From Eledone cirrhosa (lineage: Eukaryota): a stretch of DNA of 64,000 nt. The position numbers were made by a program, and so were the translations under genes. Each line of letters begins with the position of its first letter. Positions within the stretch are counted from its first letter, which is position 1. This document shows positions 12,817 to 26,621 of the stretch, piece after piece. The notes under the pieces were generated by a model. That model saw nothing but the letters and a program-made list of their open reading frames with translations. It made no database searches and was not told the origin of the DNA. The DNA lies in contig OZ024740.1 of the NCBI GenBank assembly GCA_964016885.1, positions 122,884,001 to 122,948,000 of the forward strand, in the 5' to 3' direction.

Positions 12817-15197
12817 TTCAAAAAACGAGACAATCACTTGATCACCTACAGATCAGGGGAACATACCAGCCAGGTAGATTATATCCTTACCAGAAGACGT
12901 GACAGAGTGTCTGTTGTAAACACTAAATCCCTCCCCCATGAAGAATACACCTCCCAACATAGACTGATAATTAGCGACCTCATAGTCACGACGAGACTTA
13001 CTCGACAGCAGAAGAGGACTATCCTCAGGAGAAAAATATGGAAGCTAAAGGACCCCACAGACAGAAATAAATTTAAAAGCATATTACTTGATGCTTTCGA
13101 CAGTAAGGAAGAGCATTTAGAGTCGTACAATATAGAGAAACAGTGGGAATTCCTGAAAGCAAACCTGCTGATGGCGGCAGACAAAGTCTGTGGCTGGAGC
13201 AGGCCTATAGGCAGGAGGAGAGTAACATGGTGGTGGAACAGTAAGGTAGAGGAGTCAATTAAGGCCAAAAAGCAGGCTTGGAAAGTATGTCGGGATGGGG
13301 GAAGTAGAGAAGACTATCAAGTGGCCAGGAGGGAAGCTAGGAGACAAGTGTACTTCGCAAGAAGGGAAGCAGAGGAAAGAAAGTTCAAGCATGTTCTACA
13401 ACGCGAGTACCAAAAACGTGAGGTGTTCAGGATTGCTAGGCAATGTGTCAAGGAAAACCGTGATATTGTCGGGGAGAAGTGTGTACTTAATGATGATGGT
13501 GTACTTGCCATCACTGATGCTGATAAGAAGGTAGCTAGGAAGTGTCACTACGAAAGGATACTAACTGAGGAGAATAAATGGGAGAAAGACAGTCTCCCCC
13601 ACATCGACACAATAGAGGGACCAGCAGTGTTAGTCGAAGATAGTATAATAAGTAAGGCAATCAAAGATATGAAGACGGGTAAGGCGGCTGGGCCTTCGGA
13701 AATAGTTGCTGAAATGCTGAAAGCTTCTGGAATGGTGGGACACACCATGGTCACCCGGATAGTAAACTAAGTCATACAGAATGGGTTTGTTCCGAAGGAC
13801 TGGCGTAGCAGCATCATCATTAACTGCTACAAGGGTAAAGGAGATGCCCTAGATAGGAGTAACTATAGAGGCATTAAATTAATCGACCAGGTCATGAAGG
13901 TCACAGAAAAAGTAATAGCACAACTAATCAGAGAGAGAATTGATCTAGATGAAATGCAGTTCGGGTTTGTGTCAGGCAAAAGTACCACAGATGCTATTTT
14001 CATTGTACGACAACTACAGGAGAAGTACCTAGCTAAAAGTAAACCGCTATACTTAGCTTTTGTCGACTTGGAGAAAGCCTTCGACAGAGTCCCCCGTTCC
14101 ATTATCTGGTGGGCTCTTAGAAAACTAGGTGTTGATGAATGGCTTGTGAGAGATATACAAGCCATGTATAAAGAAACAGTCAGCAAGGTTAGCTCATTCC
14201 ATTGCACAGATGGTTCTATAGAAATAGTGGACAGCTTCCGTTAGCTGGGTGACAAAATCAGCAGTGGGGGAGGGTGCTCTGAAAATACAGTAGCGAGAGT
14301 CAGAACTGGATGGAAAAAGTTCAGAGAGCTTATACCACTATTAGCTGCTAAAGAGTTCTCCTTAAAAATGAAAGGCAGGCTGTATGATGCCTGTATACGA
14401 ACAGCAATGTTGCATGGCAGTGAGACCTGGGCATTGTGTGCAGAGGATATACGCAGACTGGAGAAGAACGAAGCTTGCATGCTCCGCTGGATGTGTAATA
14501 GTAATATACATGAACGGCAAAGCATAAACGAACTAAGGGAAAAATTAGAAATAAGAGGGATCAGATGTTGTTTACTCGAGAGAAGACTACGTTGGTATGG
14601 TCACGTGATGCGCATGAAAGACGACAGCTGTATAAAAAAGTGCAGGGCAATAAAAATAGACGGAAGTTACGGAGAAGGCAGACCCAGAAAAACCTCGGAC
14701 GACTTGATAAATTCTGAACTCACACACTTACACCTCTCCAAGACAATGTCACTGGACCGAGATCTTTGGCGCTACACAGTAATACAGAAGACCCACCTTA
14801 CCTAAGTACAAAGTGAAACCTACTACAGTCAGTAGGCACATCTAACAAAATACACCCCCATCCCACTACCCCCACCCAATCCACACCACCCCCTTAAATG
14901 TGGAGTTATGTTGATACCACAACATGCAGTCCGAAACAAATGAGGTTGTGTAGGTGTCAGGACAACAAATCACACAGTCCACGCTGTAATGTGGCCGTGT
15001 AGGTAACACGGTAAAAACCTCCCAGTCCACACTGTAAACGGGTTTGGTGTTAGGAAGGGCATCCAGCCCCAGAAAACCCACCAGACAGTCCTACATGAGC
15101 AAAACAACCAATCTTGCCTCAAGTGGGAAAACTCCCGTCCAAACCCATGCAAGCGTGGAATATGGACGTTAAACGATGATGATGATGATGATGATGT
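12817..15197 (+). mobile_element. 5'-truncated, internally deleted RTE LINE copy
   Basis: ORFs 12739-13770, 13894-14244 and 14368-14805 match the 1037-aa ORF at 53294-56407. The 3' UTR ends GGACGTTAAACGAT(GAT)n. Confidence 0.95.
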
Positions 15198-16004
15198 TGA
15201 CTAAACCAGTTGTATATAAAAATGAGCATGTATTCATGTATGCATACGTATGTGTGTGTGTGTGTGGCGGGGGGCGGGTACACATGCATGTGTGTCCGTG
15301 CATGTGTATGTGTCTATATATATATTATAAAGAGTTGGGATCCCGAGAGCTGAGCTCTTGCCATACTCTGCTAACCAAGTATTGAATACTCTCTTGAGTA
15401 ATGGTCTAACTAGTTTCAAACTGATGCATCCTTATTTATATATATATATATATATATGTCTGTATTGTTTATATGTAAAGACTAAATATACAACACTTCA
15501 ACTATTTTATATGTTTGCGAATAGTGTTTATTGTAACTGTGTGTATTTCTCTTCTCTTTCTCTCACCCTCTCTTTATGTGTGTATACATGCATGCATATT
15601 TCCCTCTGCTACAGTTGATTGGCAGCGGTGATCAAAATGGCCTCTTATTGTATGGAAGCAATACATCAACCAATAGTTTAATCTATAAAAGCAATTATTT
15701 TTCCTGTGAAATGTTCATTTCATGAGAAATCACCTAAAAGAAGATAAAACTGAACACTCACTGAAAAATGTGATCATTATTATTATTGTTATTATCATCA
15801 TTGTTGTTGCAAATGCTATTGTTGTTATAGTTGTTCGTCTTACCCCCCCCCCCCCACCCACCCATTATTTCTACCTCCTCCTTCTCGTCCTCATTATTAT
15901 ATTTTAGAGCTGTGTAATGTGTCTATTTCTTTTTCATTCCTCCTGGATATTACTGTTTTTGTTGTTATATTTGTTCTTATTAGAAACTATTATTATTGTT
16001 ATTA

Positions 16005-18375
16005 TTTGATGGTGGATTAGCAAAATCAGTAGAGTATCAAACAAGATGCCTGGTAGAATTTGTTCTGGCTTCTTATGTCTTGGTTTCATACTACACCAAA
16101 GACAACTTTGCCTTTTATTCTTCTGGCCTCACTAAAATATTTTACTACTGAGGGATTAGGGTCAATTTAATTGACTAACTCCTCTCTTTAAATGTCTTGC
16201 CTTGTGCTTATGTGAAATAACAATTATTAACATCAATCAATATTGTTTTCATCATCATCATCATTTAAGGTACAATCTCTCTGCTACCAAAGTTTGGGTC
16301 GTCACAGATCAAGTCAGTACTCAACTGGAGCTACTCACTACTCAGATTGACCTGCAGCTTGCATCACACTTACAAACGCTCCCTCTACTGAGTGCATTTT
16401 ATCATAGCATCAGAACTAGAGTGATTGTTATGTCTTTACCACAACTGAAAAGTCCTCCTAGCCCTTTATATGACAGGTTTTCTAAGGCTAGATGCCAGCC
16501 TCATCACCAACAGAGTATGCTGCATACATTTATTGCATCGATCACCAACACTCCTACAATTATTAATAATATTGCTATAATTGATTTGGATAGTTAGAAG
16601 TGGTAGAACATTGAACAAAAATTCTTTTAATTCAACTTTTGCTGAGGTTGATTTCATCTTTCATCCTTCTAAAATAAATCATATAAGGTGCCATTCAAAT
16701 ATAGGGCTTAACATAATCAACTGTACCCTTCCCAAAAAATGTGTTTTTCCTATGTTATAAATCAATACAAGGCTAGATTAACCACTAAGCAAAATAAACA
16801 CGTTTAGTGCAAAAAAGATAGAGTGGCTGTATTTTATTCAAATTAAATGTATTTGTTATTAAAAATCAATGATACATGAGTGTGCTGATGACCATACATT
16901 TTCAACCTCAAAACAACTTTATCTGTCCCTGAATCAATATTATGTTATACAAAATAATAATGATTATTATTATTTTCAAGCACTGGATTGGCAGTATCGG
17001 TAAAAGGTTGGACGCCATGCTTTGCAGCATAGAGTTATAGCCCTTTATGATCTCAGTTCAAATCTCACCAAGGTTAACTTTGCCTTTCACGCTTACGGGG
17101 TTGATAAAATAAAGTATCAGTCATGCACTGGTGTTGATTTAATTGACTTTCCCCTCCCCCAAAATTGCTGGGCTGTGCCTATATAAGAAACCAATATTTT
17201 CAAGCACTGGAGCCAATGTAGCTGAGTTATTCCTCCACTCAAAATTGCTGGCCTTGTGCCCAAACTAGAAACAATTATTATTATTTGAAAAATCCTTAGA
17301 GTGTCCAACAAAATACTTAGAAACATTTAGTTACAGCCCTTTATGTTATTAGATTAAATCTCATTAAGGTCAAATTTGCCTTTCACACTTCTGGAGTTGA
17401 TAAAACAAAGAAGGAGTCATGAACTGGATTCAATGTAATCGACTTTCTCCACCCAACAAATTGTTGGCCTTGTGCCTAAATAACAAATAATTTAGGCACA
17501 AGGTAAAACATCAGTCAAAATACCAAAATTTACATAGTAAATTAAAATCATGGTATGATCAACTATGTTTACAATCTTATTGAGGTGGGGGGGTGGGGGT
17601 GTAAATAAAATTAATTAAGAGTCAAGTACTTGGATTAATATAATTGGTTATACCCCTCTTTCATATTTCAGGCCTTGTTCCTGTGTTAAAAATAACTATT
17701 AATGTGCTTAATTTTACTAGCTCATTCAATTATATTCTCTGTTTATATATATATTCATTTAATTATGTTGTGTAATTAAAATAATATTTTTAGAATGTCT
17801 AAATATATTGTTTGACATTTTTGCCATTGTCCTTTTTATTTAAAGGTGTTTTGTGTATCCTAAAATATCTTATAACCCTTTTGTATAAGTTTCATTCTAT
17901 GTAGGATTGGGCCTTAGGAGTAATAACAAAAGTACAAATTATTTATTTCCTTTTTGCTATTATTAATATTAATAACAAGGTAGGTGGATTGGTAGAATCA
18001 GTAGAGTGTTGAACAAAATACTTTGCAGCAATTAGTTACAGCCCTTTACATTCTGATTTCAAATAACTCTGAGGTCAACTTTGTTTTTCATACTTCTTGG
18101 GTAGAGTTACCTTCTCCTAAACTGGGTAGAGTTTCCTTCTCCTAAACTGCTGGCCTTGTGCCTAATTAAGGAATCCTTATAAAGGATTTCTTATGTAGGC
18201 TCAAATCCAACAATTTGTGGAGTGGATAGGGGAAAGTCGATTAAATCGACCCTGTAAGGATGAAAGGCATAGCTAAACGCGGTGGAATTTGAAGTCAAAA
18301 TGTAAAGGGCCAGAACTCAATATCTCAAATCATGATGTCCGGAGCTCTAACAATAATGCAAATCCAATGCCCTCA
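16005..18375. mobile_element. Cluster of about 7 degenerate tRNA-type SINE copies (mostly +; 18190-18375 is -)
   Basis: Recurrent motifs TGGATTGGCAG, GTTCAAATC, CTTTGCCTTTCA and GGCCTTGTGCC at ~16005, 16590, 16980, 17240, 17290, 17980 and 18190. Confidence 0.75.
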
Positions 18376-18639
18376 ACATTATTATTAATAATACTATTTT
18401 CTTCTGCTCTTACTCAAAGTAAACCTTACTAATTGTTTTGGTCAAAACCAAATCAGCAGTAGAGGAGGGTGTTCCAAAAGCACAGTAGCCAGGATGAGAA
18501 TGGGTTGGAGAAGGTTCAGGGAGACACTACCACTGCTAACTACAAAAGGTTTTTACTCCAAAATGAAAGGCAGACAGTATTATGCATGTATATGAACAGG
18601 AATGTTACATGGCAGAGAGAGATGGACACTGTGTGCAGA

Positions 18640-19176
18640 GGACTTGTGAAGAGGGGAAAGAAATTAAGCATCCTTGCTTTGATGGATGTGTAATAGTAAT
18701 ATACATGAACAGTAAACCATAAATGAACTGAGAGAGAAATTAGGCGTAAGAAGGATAAGTTGCAGTGCTCAAGAGAAGAGATAGTGTTGGTATGGATATA
18801 TGATAAGTATGAAGGATGACAGTTGTATAAAAAGGTGCAGAGCACTCAAAGTTGATGGAAGCTATGGAATGAGCTGACCTAGGAGGATTTGAAATGATAA
18901 AAAGCTGACCTTGAACAATTGTACCTCACAAATGCAATGACACAGAACCGTGATCGCTGGTGCTATGCAGTAATAAAGAAGACCCACCTTCCCATATGCA
19001 GGGGCTGAGACATACATCTAGTATGCACCATTTACCCTCCCATCACCCAAATCATAAAATCAGTTCAGTAGGAGCAAAACATGGTCCTTCGACATGGTTG
19101 TCTCACAATAGGACAGCTTGCCTAACCCATGCTAGCATGGGAAATAGACGTTAAACGATGATAATGATGATGATGA
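18640..19176 (+). mobile_element. Degenerate RTE 3' end
   Basis: Homologous to 14330-14800. Ends GACGTTAAACGATGATAATGATGAT. Confidence 0.75.
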
Positions 19177-19424
19177 TTGTTACCAACATCCTGTAACCTT
19201 TTAAATAAACAAATTATTATTATTATTTCTTTTATTTCTTTAGCAATTCATTGTTTTAATGTGAATATTTGGGTTGCTAGATAGCTAGCTGTCTCCTCCA
19301 ACTATCTAGAACTTTTCTTATATTACTTGCTATGCCAAGCATGAAGGCTTCTATAGAGTCAGGAAACTTTCTTTATTAGTTGGGTTTTTCCTCTTCCTTC
19401 AGTTTGTTCCCATCTCTTCGGTAA

Positions 19425-19630
19425 CATTGGCAGTATCAGTAGAATGTTGGACATGCTTTGCAGCATATAAATATGTCACTTTTACATTCTGATTTCAAAT
19501 CCCACTGAGATTAGCTTTGCCTTTCATCCTTATTGGGTCAATAAAACAAAATTCCAGTAATGCATTGGGGTCATTTTAATCGACAATATCTTCCTCTAAA
19601 TCAAAAAACATTATTATTATTATTATTATT
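19425..19630 (+). mobile_element. Degenerate tRNA-type SINE with (ATT)n tail
   Basis: TTGGCAGTATCAGTAGA...CTTTGCCTTTCATCC...ATTATTATT. Confidence 0.7.
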
Positions 19631-19779
19631 TGAAACTTCCTTTGAATTCTGCTTTTTTCCCAAATCATGCAGAGTGTCATTGTGACACCTGAAGCAAAAT
19701 TTTATATTACACACATTTTACAATCCATTGTCATAGAAATGATACCACAAGGGCATAAAGATCAGTAAATGTATTTATA

Positions 19780-21540
19780 AGGTTTTTAGATTGATAATGC
19801 CCTTCTCAGGACATGAACAGTGCCAGTCAGCACTATTTTCTATATCTCTTGCTTTCCAGATATACGGTCCAAATATTTTTCAGTTCCTTTTTGTTATCAT
19901 TCCAGTGCACTGACTATCACTGGTATTGTGCAGGCCTTAAGATGCCACATTTTCTGAATTTCAATTGCTAGATTTTTATCCTTACAGTGCTTTGCAAACT
20001 CTTTCAAGGATATGTTACAATATGATGGAATGCACATGTCAATTAAGAAACGTGTTTTCTCTTTATGGGCCTTCATAATTGTATCAAGTCTGTTGGCCTT
20101 GATTTTTCTGTCAGTAATCATTGGGAAATTCCATAGGATTTTCATATTCACACCTCCTGTAACTGCATCTGGGTGATGGGTGCACCATTTTTCTTCCATT
20201 TTCAGACCATAAACACAGTTCAAGTACTACCCCACACTATCATGCCTTGTTTTATATTCCTGAGGATATAATACTTTGCAGCCTGAAACGAGGTGGTCTA
20301 TGGTCTCAACAAACTCATCACAGAATGATATTTTGGCTCAATTCCATTTCTGATCACAATCACTTAAAAGTTTGCATTGAAAGACATTTATCTGGTGCAA
20401 CCAAATGCCTTTAGCCCAGAACTTCACAGCCACTAATGGGTGAGAGTTCGATTTAAATCAGCTTCTTTGCTTTGGAGAACATATTGCCCATGGAGTGGTT
20501 TCTGCTCCCATTTAGTGCACAGTCTCTGTTAGCCTTCATGTTTTGCCAACACTCTTCTTATGAAACATACTTTAGGTAATCATTAATTTCCTTGTCTTCA
20601 TCTCCAGTTCTGTCTGCTAGTTTACATCCCCTTGAAGAATTCCTGCACTGTACTTAATAATAGATATAGCTCAGTAATTTATTGCATTTATAGCATTCCT
20701 ATTATTCGGATGTGATTTTAGTATTTTTATTACTCTCCTTATGTTATCAGATCTTATCATCTTCTTCGTTTTTTATTTTTATTCTTGATCTTATCTGCTT
20801 CCAAAACAAACACCCAAATACCTTCATCCTTCTTTGGTGTCAATTTCCTTTATTATCTCACCCATTGGTATCTCAATTCCTTTGTTTCCCTTCAATTCAA
20901 CCGTTCTCATCACTATGACTTCAAAAAAATATCATTGCTCAAAATATAAACAGCATTAACAAGTGCATAGAACTCCTCACTCTTCCTGAAGAGCTTTAGG
21001 TCATCCATATAGAGGAAGTTGTTGATGGTAAGCTTTCTTCTTCCCAGTTTATATTCTGCCTTCACCTTTGGCAATATGAGCAAACAACCATTTGCTAGTA
21101 ACAACAAACAATAAAGGAAACATACTATCTCCTTGGAAAATACTTTCTTGATTTTCACTCCTGCCAAGGATTCTCCATCTAATGTTAACTCTGTCTCCCA
21201 GTTCTTCATGCTATTACTTAATAGAAGTCTGGTGTTGTCTGCCATTTTGAGGATTTCTAGGCACTTGGTTTTCCAAAAATGATGAAGCAAGTCGAATGCC
21301 TTCTTGTTGTCTATCCCTTCCATGGAAAGACCAATATGCCTCCTCTTACATTTACTTATTATCATCTTGTCAATAGTAACTGGTCTTTTATACTACAGTA
21401 CTTTTTGGGGAATCCTTTCTGTTCCTCTGGCAATAAGTTGTTTATGTTGAGGTGATTGTAGATTTCCTTAGACATAATGCTTGTTAGTAATGTCCACATC
21501 AAGGACGACATGTGATAGGCCTATAGTTGGTATCATTACT
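19780..21540 (-). pseudogene. Degenerate R4/Dong-like LINE (RT + restriction-like endonuclease)
   Basis: 20913-21365 reads IDNKKAFD...FLYMDDLKLF. 19897-20223 reads ILWNFPMITDRKIKANRLD...LIDMCIP...TIPVIVSAL. Confidence 0.8.
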
Positions 21541-22119
21541 ATTATTATTAGTTTCTTTTTATATATATTATTGCACTACTGTTAGAAATTATTATGTTTA
21601 TTTTTATTAATATTACTTTGCTGTTAATGTTGTTTCAATAATTGATTCATTTAACCAATGTGTATTTTACATTAAATTTTTGTTATAGTCTGTTGCTATT
21701 GCTCATTCAACAATGACATTTTCTCCTTGTGCATAGCAGTTGATGAGATTATCAATACTGTTGTTGTTTTTGTCACTATCACTGTCAGACTTACTGTGCC
21801 TGCTCCTTCTAATGCCATTGTGATTTTTATATTGCCTTCCCAGAATATATAACATTTTGTTTTACATTTATTTATTTAAAAAAGAATTAATTCAAAATTG
21901 AATTGGTCTGCATCGAATAAAAACAATAGTGACAAGCAGAGCATGCATTTTAGATAACTATGCTATACATCATGACCAGTTCATTGGTAAAGTGTACTGT
22001 CACCTTTAAAATTATTGTTTGGGATAACAAATGATAAATGTATGTGTAAGACAATGAATTCTTGCCATCACAAAATATATATGTGGTTGATAAGAACACC
22101 AATAGAAATTATAATGATA

Positions 22120-22500
22120 AGGTACAGGTATGGCTTTGTAATTAAGAAGTTAGTGTTAGAATAATGTGGTTTCAAATTTAGTCCCACAATGTAGCACCTT
22201 GAGCAAGTGTCTTCTACAATAGTCTCAGGCAGACCAAAGCCTCATGAGAGAATTAAGGTGGTGGAAATTGTAAGGGGTATTGGTGCGTATCTTTGAATGA
22301 CGTTTGTGCGTTGCAAAGGATTATTTTGCAATCACTCACCAGTTGATAGATGTATTCCTCTCTTCCCTAATGGAAAGCAGTTACTGGACAGTTTGATACA
22401 TGATCTTTGCTCTGTAAATGTCGAACTTATAAACCATCTATCTCTCAAGACATTTCCTGACCTGTTCCTGTTGGTTTCCTTCTTCATTACATAAATGAGT
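22120..22500 (+). mobile_element. Degenerate SINE of the second family
   Basis: GTGGTTTCAAA...GCACCTTGAGCAAGTGTCTTCTAC...ACCAAAGCC; matches 10805-10945 in reverse. Confidence 0.55.
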
Positions 22501-22627
22501 AAGAAAATATATAAACAAATAAAAGATATCACTACTAGGCACTGCATACATATTATAAAAACTACACTGCTCAATCCCCAAGGTGCATAGAGCTGTGATC
22601 AATAAAGTAGTAATTATGCGCAATGGA

Positions 22628-22853
22628 AATAATAATTGTATCTTCATTAGGCACAAGGCCAGCAATTTAAAGGTAGCGGGGAAAGTCGATTAAATCAACA
22701 GCAGTGCATTACTGGCACTTTATTTTATCGACCTGTAAGAATGAATGGCAAAGCTATCCTACGTGGGATTTAAAAGCAGAATGTAAAGGGCCATAATTTT
22801 ATGCTTCAAAACATGTTGTCCGACGCTCTACCAATTCTGCCAATCAACCACCC
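22628..22853 (-). mobile_element. tRNA-type SINE (older variant)
   Basis: AGGCACAAGGCCAGCAA...TTTATCGACC...CTGCCAATCAACCACCC. Confidence 0.8.
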
Positions 22854-22880
22854 ATAATGATGATGTTGATGATAATGATG

Positions 22881-22916
<36 letters not shown>

Positions 22917-23155
22917 TTTTCTTTATTAACCACAAGGGTTTACATAAAGTAGACATTAAGGACAGTACAGGACAATACAGGACGGTACAAATGGGCATTT
23001 CTGCATGTAAAAAACAGGATGTAATAAAATAAAAAATAAAAATTCCCCAATAGGGGGGAGACTTCCGAGGGACATTTGTGGAGAAAGCCCATTAAAAGAC
23101 TACAGTGACCCTGACCACCAGGGCAAGTGCCCTCTCCCAGTTTTCCACCTCTAAT

Positions 23156-26100
23156 TTACAGACACATACTCAGAGAAGGCCCATTCATTCGGGCCATACT
23201 TGCTTCTCTCACCCATCTTTCAACAAAATGCTGGGAAGAGAGCACTTCCCTCTCTACCCTGATTTTCCTTTTCAAATGAAATATGAAAAAGTTAATCAGG
23301 GCATCACCGAAGAGGTAAGTGCTCGTCTTCAGCCCTTTCAAACGTGTCCACCATACTATCTCTTTCGCCATGGCCACCAGACAGACAAAAACTGCCTGCC
23401 CTTCCCGGCTAAAGGAAGAGGGTGGGGCAATCCTCACGATGGACTCAGCTGATAGCCGGATCCGTCCTACACATGACAGTAGGTGTTCGACATAAACCCA
23501 CAAGTCAGCAATGCTCGGACACTGGACGAGTGCGTGCAGGATGGTTTTGTCGCCCTGTGCGCATCTCGGACATGCCCGTCTGACGGCACCTCCATGCCTG
23601 TAGTGTTTATCCCGAACTGGCAAAGCACCCCAGTAGCACTGCCAGGCCAGGGATTTCTGGAAGTTGTCCATAGGCCCCAGCCCGAAAGTACTTCCGAAGA
23701 GATTGGCTAGTTGATTTTCGTCGACGCCTAGAGTTTCTCCAAGTACGTCGTCGCTCTTACCCTCCACTAATCCCCTATAGAACGTTAAGGTGGAGTTTCC
23801 ACCGATCACATTGCCCGATTGGTCGAGGGCTGTAAGGGCCTGAAGACATTCCAGTCTCCAAGCGCTCCCTCTCGGTCTTTGCTTGACCCAGGACTGCAGC
23901 TCCGTCAAGGAGACGAGCTGGGGAAAAACGTGTCTAGCAAACGGCGACCACACCTGATCACCGTCGAGGAAGAGGTGGAGATGTCGTAGCCTGAGCGCGT
24001 GTCTGCGCATCATCAGCCACGGCATGCCCAGCCCTCCACGTAGCAGGTGTTGACAGCAGATGGACCGCCTGACCGTCGGAGCGAGTCCCTTCCACAAGAA
24101 GCGAAAGAGCAAACGCTCCAACGCAGTCAGGCGGGGCTTAGGACAAGGTACAACGGTCAGGCGGTAGTAGATGATGGACGCGATGTACGCGTTAGCCACC
24201 TCCGCTCGACTTTTCAGGGATAGCTTCCTATCCGCCCATTTCTGGGTGAGAGAAGCCACCCTGCTCGTCACCTCGTCCCAGTTTATGTCCGTCTGGAGGT
24301 CCGGAACGAACCAGACCCCTAGCAATTTAACCGGTCCGTCCGTCCAGCGCTCGACGACGCTGTTGGACGGCATGGACCTGCCTCTCCAGGTGCCGAGCTG
24401 CAGGCCCACTGACTTTTTCTGGTTGATCATTGCTCCTGGCACCGCTTCGTATTCTCTTAGTGTAGTGCCGATCGCCTCGATGTGTTTGGCGTTCGACACC
24501 ACTACGGTGACATCATCCGCTATGCTAACACGGATCTTCCGCATCCTAGTTCGCGCGGGACCCCCCTCAACGTCTCCAGTTCGTGCAGTAATGGCTCGAG
24601 AGTCAATACGTACAATAGCGACGAGAGGAGACATCCTTGGCTACGTACAATAGGGACGAGAGGGGACATCCTTGGCGGACCGAGCGCATGATGTTGAACG
24701 GTTCCGAAAGGTGACCGTTCACTCTCACTACAGAGCAGATGTCACTGTGCATGGCAGCGATCCAGCCTCTGAAGAGGGGCCCAAAGCTAGCCGCCTTCAG
24801 GACTGCCGCTAGGTAACGATGGTCGACTCTATCGAAGGCTTTCGACTGATCTAAATTGATCAAAGACCCACCCGCATGAGGTGGAGGTTGTTGTGGATGG
24901 ATCTGTTGGGAATGGCGCATGTCTATGCCTCTCCCACCAGACCACCAACGACAAGCGCCAACCTCTTTGCTAGCACCTTGGCCAAAATCTTGAACTCTGT
25001 GTTTAGCAGAGTTATGGGTCTAAAATTATCTGTTATCCCCCTTGTTCGGATCCTTTCTCAGCAGCGCCACCGCGCCTAGACTCACGGAGCTGGGAATTCT
25101 CCCGTTCTGTTGCCAGTTGCAGTAGACGTCCGCCAAGAGGCCTCCGAACAAGTCTGGCATTTGTACGTAAAGTTCATAGGGCAGACCATCTAAACCAGGC
25201 GATTTACCCCTTGTGCAGCCAGTCATTGCCTCCCGTACTTCAGCGGTTGTTATCGGCTTTTCGCAACACTCCGCCTCAGTGGCCGAACGCCGCGGCAGTC
25301 CGTCGAGGTAGACACTAAAGTCCATCCCTCGATCCGGTCCATCCCTCGATCCGGCCCACCCCTGTCCCCGAACAGTTGAGCGAAGTGTCGCTGAAAAGCT
25401 TCACACATTTGCCCGGTTTCGAGTAGCATGCGCCCGTCGTGGTCCACCAAAGACCGGATCGTGCCTTTATTGCCACGACGCGTCTCCGCCACTCGGGCCC
25501 ATTGAACGGCTTTCGTCGCCTCGTGTCTGAGAGCACGCACCCTAGCTCTGACAACGCAGCCTTCGTGCTTTGCATTGAAGAATTGGTCAAGGGCCAATTT
25601 CGCCGCAAGTACGTCGGTCGCAATGCCTTTGCTAAGCGCCTCGTCTAATTTTCTAACTAATTCTCCCTCTGCTCTATTTTTCTCTATTGCTAAAGCCTTA
25701 CTAAACCTAATGGACTCTATTCTAATTGCTCTTTTCAGAGCAAACCACCACTTGTTGTTGACGATGGCCCCCGTCAACGCCCGCTTAACTAGTTCGCTAA
25801 TCCGGTCTCTGTAGGCCTTGCGCGCTGGTAAGGACGCGTTTAGCTTCCAGTAGCCGGGTCCTCGTCTATGAAGCCTATCTAAGTCAAGCACACAGATCAC
25901 GAATTTGTGGTCCATGTAGCTGACTATCTTGAATTGTAGACAGCTTATGCTAGACCTATCTATTTCCCTACAAAATACTCTATCTAGATATGATCTGGAT
26001 GACCCTATACGATTTGTCCAAGTCCACATTGGTACATTCGGGAAATCCATTCGGTACCTGTCAGACAGTTCAAAACGCCTGAGCAGGTTGGTGAGACTCT

Positions 26101-26587
26101 TGCACCCTCCTTCCCTATCCACTAATCCCACACAATCCCAGCGTGCATCTAAGATCCCGTTCCAGTCGCCCACTAACGCTACAGAGCGGGACGTTCCAAG
26201 AAAGGTCTCCAGACGCCAGAAGAAATAAGGCCGCCCTGCTCCTGTCGGGGCATAGACAGCCACTTACGTGAAAGCTTGCCCTTCTCCGCTGGTCACGTCC
26301 AGCACCACCAACTTACCTTCTTGGTCCAGGAAGATGGCCCGTATGGCAAGACCCAAACTTCTCCGAAAAAGCACAGCAACTCCTTCCCCCGATCCCGGAT
26401 GGCTGGGAGATGCGTACACATCGTAGGCGCCGAAGATCGGTGCGAAGGCCCGTGCTTCGGAGATTCTGATCTCGCTGATGGCCACTACATCTATGTTTAG
26501 TGACCTGAGGTCGTTGAGCAGGTAGCCCTGCTTCCATGACGACCCCAAACCACGCGCATTTATGCTGCATATTCTGAGTGTGGTCAT
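23156..26587 (-). pseudogene. Tx1-like ORF2, frameshifted
   Basis: ORF pieces 26264-26587, 25250-26263, 25026-25325, 24603-24920 and 23156-24634 carry APE, RT and CPRCAQGDKTILHALVQC motifs. Confidence 0.92.
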
Positions 26588-26621
26588 GTTGAAAAGGAGT
26601 GGAAAAGATGGGAAAGACCAC

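Noticed and set aside
18099-18195. 25-bp tandem duplication and 12-bp hairpin between tail-to-tail SINEs (similar short duplications at 46262, 49668, 57667)
   Set aside because: Ordinary slippage or junction products with no further structure.
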